The translations under genes and the position numbers were made by a program. 64,000 bases of DNA, taken from positions 16,535 through 80,534 of the forward strand of contig CAZRXU010000001.1 of NCBI GenBank assembly GCA_964604135.1, in the 5' to 3' direction. This document shows, piece after piece, positions 61,625 to 64,000 of the stretch. This DNA comes from an uncultured bacterium (GTDB lineage Bacteria > Fermentibacterota > Fermentibacteria > Fermentibacterales > JCC-6). The first letter of the stretch is position 1. Each line of letters opens with the position of its first letter. Under the pieces are notes generated by a model. That model had not been told where the DNA came from. It did no database searches and saw only the letters and a program-made list of their open reading frames with translations.

Positions 61625-61640
61625 ACTTATCACAGTCGCT

Positions 61641-62450
61641 TTGGATACCGAAGCTAATATCATAACTATGCAAGTTACGCCAGAAGTTCATGTTCCGTGG
61701 AGAGGTTGGATGAAACACAAAGAGCAGTGGAAACCTGGGAAGTTTGTTTACAGGCGGGGCAGGCTGGCAGCGTCGGGGGATACAGCCGAGGTATCTGCAG
61801 CGTCACGGCTGGTTACAGATCTGATCGCAGGCTGTTATCAGGAATACCTGGGGAAGTATGCAAGTGGCAGGCTGCTTGACCTTGGCTGCGGCAAAGTTCC
61901 TCTGTACGGGGCATATAAGGGCTTCATTACAGACAATACCTGCGTAGACTGGGGAAACAGTCTGCACAGCAACCCTTTTCTCGATCACCAGTGTGACCTT
62001 ACGCAGCAGCTTCCATTTTCAGACGGGGAGTACAACACAGTAATTCTTTCAGATGTGCTTGAGCATATTCCTGAACCAGGGCACCTTATGGGGGAGATAG
62101 CTCGTGTGCTTGCCCCGGGAGGCACTCTTGTAATGAATGTACCGTTCATGTACTGGCTTCACGAAGAGCCTTATGACTTCCACAGATACACTTCTTTTGC
62201 CCTGAGAAGGATGGCAGAATTGGCAGGGCTTGAAGTGGAAGAGCTCATACCCATCGGCGGGGCACTGTGTGTATTAACAGATATCTATGCAAAATATGTC
62301 ATCCGTCTGCCGCATATTGGAAGAATTCTTGCAGTTCTGGCACAGTGGTCTACAGGAATAGTTCACAGGTCGAAGATGGGCGGTAAGTTGTTCAGAGCCA
62401 CTGCGAAGAAGTTTCCTCTCGGGTACTTCATGGTTGCCATTAAGCGTTGA
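61641..62450 (+). CDS. Class I SAM-dependent methyltransferase
   Basis: Motif I LLDLGCGKVP. Post-I and motif II VLAPGGTLVMNVP. Confidence 0.75.
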   Translation: MDTEANIITMQVTPEVHVPWRGWMKHKEQWKPGKFVYRRGRLAASGDTAEVSAASRLVTDLIAGCYQEYLGKYASGRLLDLGCGKVPLYGAYKGFITDNTCVDWGNSLHSNPFLDHQCDLTQQLPFSDGEYNTVILSDVLEHIPEPGHLMGEIARVLAPGGTLVMNVPFMYWLHEEPYDFHRYTSFALRRMAELAGLEVEELIPIGGALCVLTDIYAKYVIRLPHIGRILAVLAQWSTGIVHRSKMGGKLFRATAKKFPLGYFMVAIKR

Positions 62451-62524
62451 AATTTGCACAGAACACTATAGTAGTATTATCATACCACTATACCGTAACT
62501 CTTTGTTGAAAGAAGAGCCGAACC

Positions 62525-63772
62525 GTGCAAAGGAAAAAAATGAAACACTTCGACGGAAACACAACTCTGTGGGATATAACCAGCAGCTATCCTGAAACAA
62601 TTCCTGTTTTTGTCTCCAACGGTTTTCCCCTGATGCAGCATGAAAAACAGAGGGAAAAGTTCGCTAAATCAATAACGCTTGAAACAGCGCTTATGCTAAA
62701 GCAGCTTGACTATGAAACATTCTCTAAACTGCTTCGGGAAGCCATAGAGCAGGACGACAGCTCTGTTGATGTAACCCTTGCAAACACGGAAAGAGCTGTG
62801 AGCGGTGAGGGCCTCAGCGTGGTGGGGCTGCTGCCGTGCCCTGTAAGAATTCCCCTTCTTGAAAGATTCAACGATTTTGTAAAGAAGTATTCTTCCAGTC
62901 ACGGTGTTGCTGTTAATCACCAGCTGAAAGCCGCCTCCATGGGGCTGGAGTGGGTCGAAAACAACATCAAAGGTGTAACAGATGCCTCAGATCTGCCCGA
63001 TCTTTTCATCTCGGCGGGGTTTGACATGTTCTTTGACGAGAAAATGATCGGTAAGTTCAAGAGGCAGGGTGTGTTTAAGGATACAACAACGCTTAAGAAG
63101 TTCAGCACGCTGTTTGACGGGCTTGATCTTAAAGACCCTGCAGGCCACTACGCAATGATAGGTGTGGTGCCGGCTGTGTTTCTTGTGAACACAGATGAAC
63201 TGGACGGAAGAGAGATCCCCCGTACCTGGGAAGACATCATGAAACCGGAGTTTGAGAACAGGGTGTCGCTTCCTGTAGGTGATTTTGACCTGTTCAACGG
63301 TATACTGCTCAACATCCACAAACACTACGGGGAGCAGGGCGTTACAAAACTGGGCCGCAGTCTGCTGCAGTCTATGCATCCTTCCCAGATGGTGAAGAGT
63401 GACAGGTTGAAAACACAGAGACCTATTGTTACGATCATGCCATATTTCTTCACGAAGGTTGTGAAGGAAGGAGGCCCCATGGTTGCTGTGTGGCCTGAAG
63501 ACGGAGCCATAATAAGCCCTATCTTCATGCTGGCAAAAAAGCAGAAGATAGAAACACTTCAGCCGGTGGTTGACTTCTTCGCGTCGGTTGAGGTTGGAAA
63601 GATTCTGTCACACAGCGGGTTGTTTCCAAGTGTGCATCCGGATCTTGATAACCATATATCACCGGATAACAAATTCATGTGGCTGGGTTGGGACTACATC
63701 TACAGCAACGACATAAGCGCTCTTATTGTGAAGTGCGAGGCACTGTTCAACGAAGCGACGGGAAAATCATGA
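62525..63772 (+). CDS. DUF1858-domain protein fused to a ~330 aa C-terminal domain of unknown function
   Basis: N-terminal TTLWDITSSYPETIPVFVSNGF...ITLETALMLKQLDYETFSKLLREA resembles the DUF1858 (hybrid-cluster-protein-associated) helical domain. The remainder is unassigned. Confidence 0.45.
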   Translation: MQRKKMKHFDGNTTLWDITSSYPETIPVFVSNGFPLMQHEKQREKFAKSITLETALMLKQLDYETFSKLLREAIEQDDSSVDVTLANTERAVSGEGLSVVGLLPCPVRIPLLERFNDFVKKYSSSHGVAVNHQLKAASMGLEWVENNIKGVTDASDLPDLFISAGFDMFFDEKMIGKFKRQGVFKDTTTLKKFSTLFDGLDLKDPAGHYAMIGVVPAVFLVNTDELDGREIPRTWEDIMKPEFENRVSLPVGDFDLFNGILLNIHKHYGEQGVTKLGRSLLQSMHPSQMVKSDRLKTQRPIVTIMPYFFTKVVKEGGPMVAVWPEDGAIISPIFMLAKKQKIETLQPVVDFFASVEVGKILSHSGLFPSVHPDLDNHISPDNKFMWLGWDYIYSNDISALIVKCEALFNEATGKS

Positions 63773-64000
63773 ACCTTGTAACAGTTTCCGGGCCGCCTTC
63801 ATCAGGCAAAACTTCAGTGATTCTGAAAACCATCGATTCACTGAAGAAGAGAGGCCTGAAGGTGGCGGTGGCAAAGTTTGACTGCCTGTACACAGACGAT
63901 GATGTACTGTACGAAAAGGCAGGTATTCCCGTTAAGAAAGGTCTTTCAGGTGCCTTGTGCCCGGACCACTACTTTGTAAGCAACGTTGAAGAGATCACAA
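63769..64000 (+). CDS. P-loop NTPase (MobB/HypB-like?), 5' partial, truncated by the window end
   Basis: MNLVTVSGPPSSGKTSVILKTIDSLKKRGLKVAVAKFD has a Walker A. ATGA overlap with the upstream gene. Runs off the end of the window. Confidence 0.5.
   Translation, partial: MNLVTVSGPPSSGKTSVILKTIDSLKKRGLKVAVAKFDCLYTDDDVLYEKAGIPVKKGLSGALCPDHYFVSNVEEIT

Overview
This 64 kb window (~50% GC) looks like chromosomal DNA from a diderm bacterium that uses a type IX secretion system (T9SS). Two proteins carry Por/T9SS C-terminal sorting domains, and an LPS/lipid A toolkit is present (lpxB, lpxK, Kdo transferase, LpxL-family acyltransferase, GT9 heptosyltransferases, gmhB). The most likely origin is an uncultivated member of the FCB superphylum. 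Coding density is high, with many 1-4 nt overlaps that suggest translational coupling. Housekeeping genes (ptsI, tatA, topA, xer recombinase, hslVU, dapF, tRNA-Gly, polA, ddl, nadB, comEC) are interleaved with a large cell-envelope glycopolymer biosynthesis region. That region holds GT4 glycosyltransferases, two GT9 genes, a CDP-alcohol phosphatidyltransferase, a TagD-like cytidylyltransferase, four TagF-like CDP-glycerol glycerophosphotransferase paralogs and a LicC-like nucleotidyltransferase. Three things stand out. (1) A minus-strand island at 24.6-28.6 kb is flanked by AT-rich or hairpin-rich non-coding DNA. It encodes an apparently cytoplasmic astacin-family zinc metalloprotease with a long Cys/Pro-rich and Tyr-Gly-rich tandem-repeat tail, immediately followed by a radical SAM/SPASM enzyme with an N-terminal PqqD-like RiPP recognition element. 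This is a candidate undescribed RiPP-like peptide or protein maturation system. (2) Two MglA-family Ras-like GTPase genes are each translationally coupled to a large unusual partner protein rather than an obvious MglB. One partner is a ribosomal-L7/L12-CTD-like plus zinc-ribbon plus TM protein; the other is a ~710 aa polytopic membrane protein. (3) A teichoic-acid-like polyol-phosphate polymer locus sits in an LPS-producing organism. Also present are a DUF374-Kdo-transferase fusion, a ferredoxin with a T9SS tail, a mazEF toxin-antitoxin pair, and a ~250 nt hairpin-dense non-coding region that may be a structured RNA.
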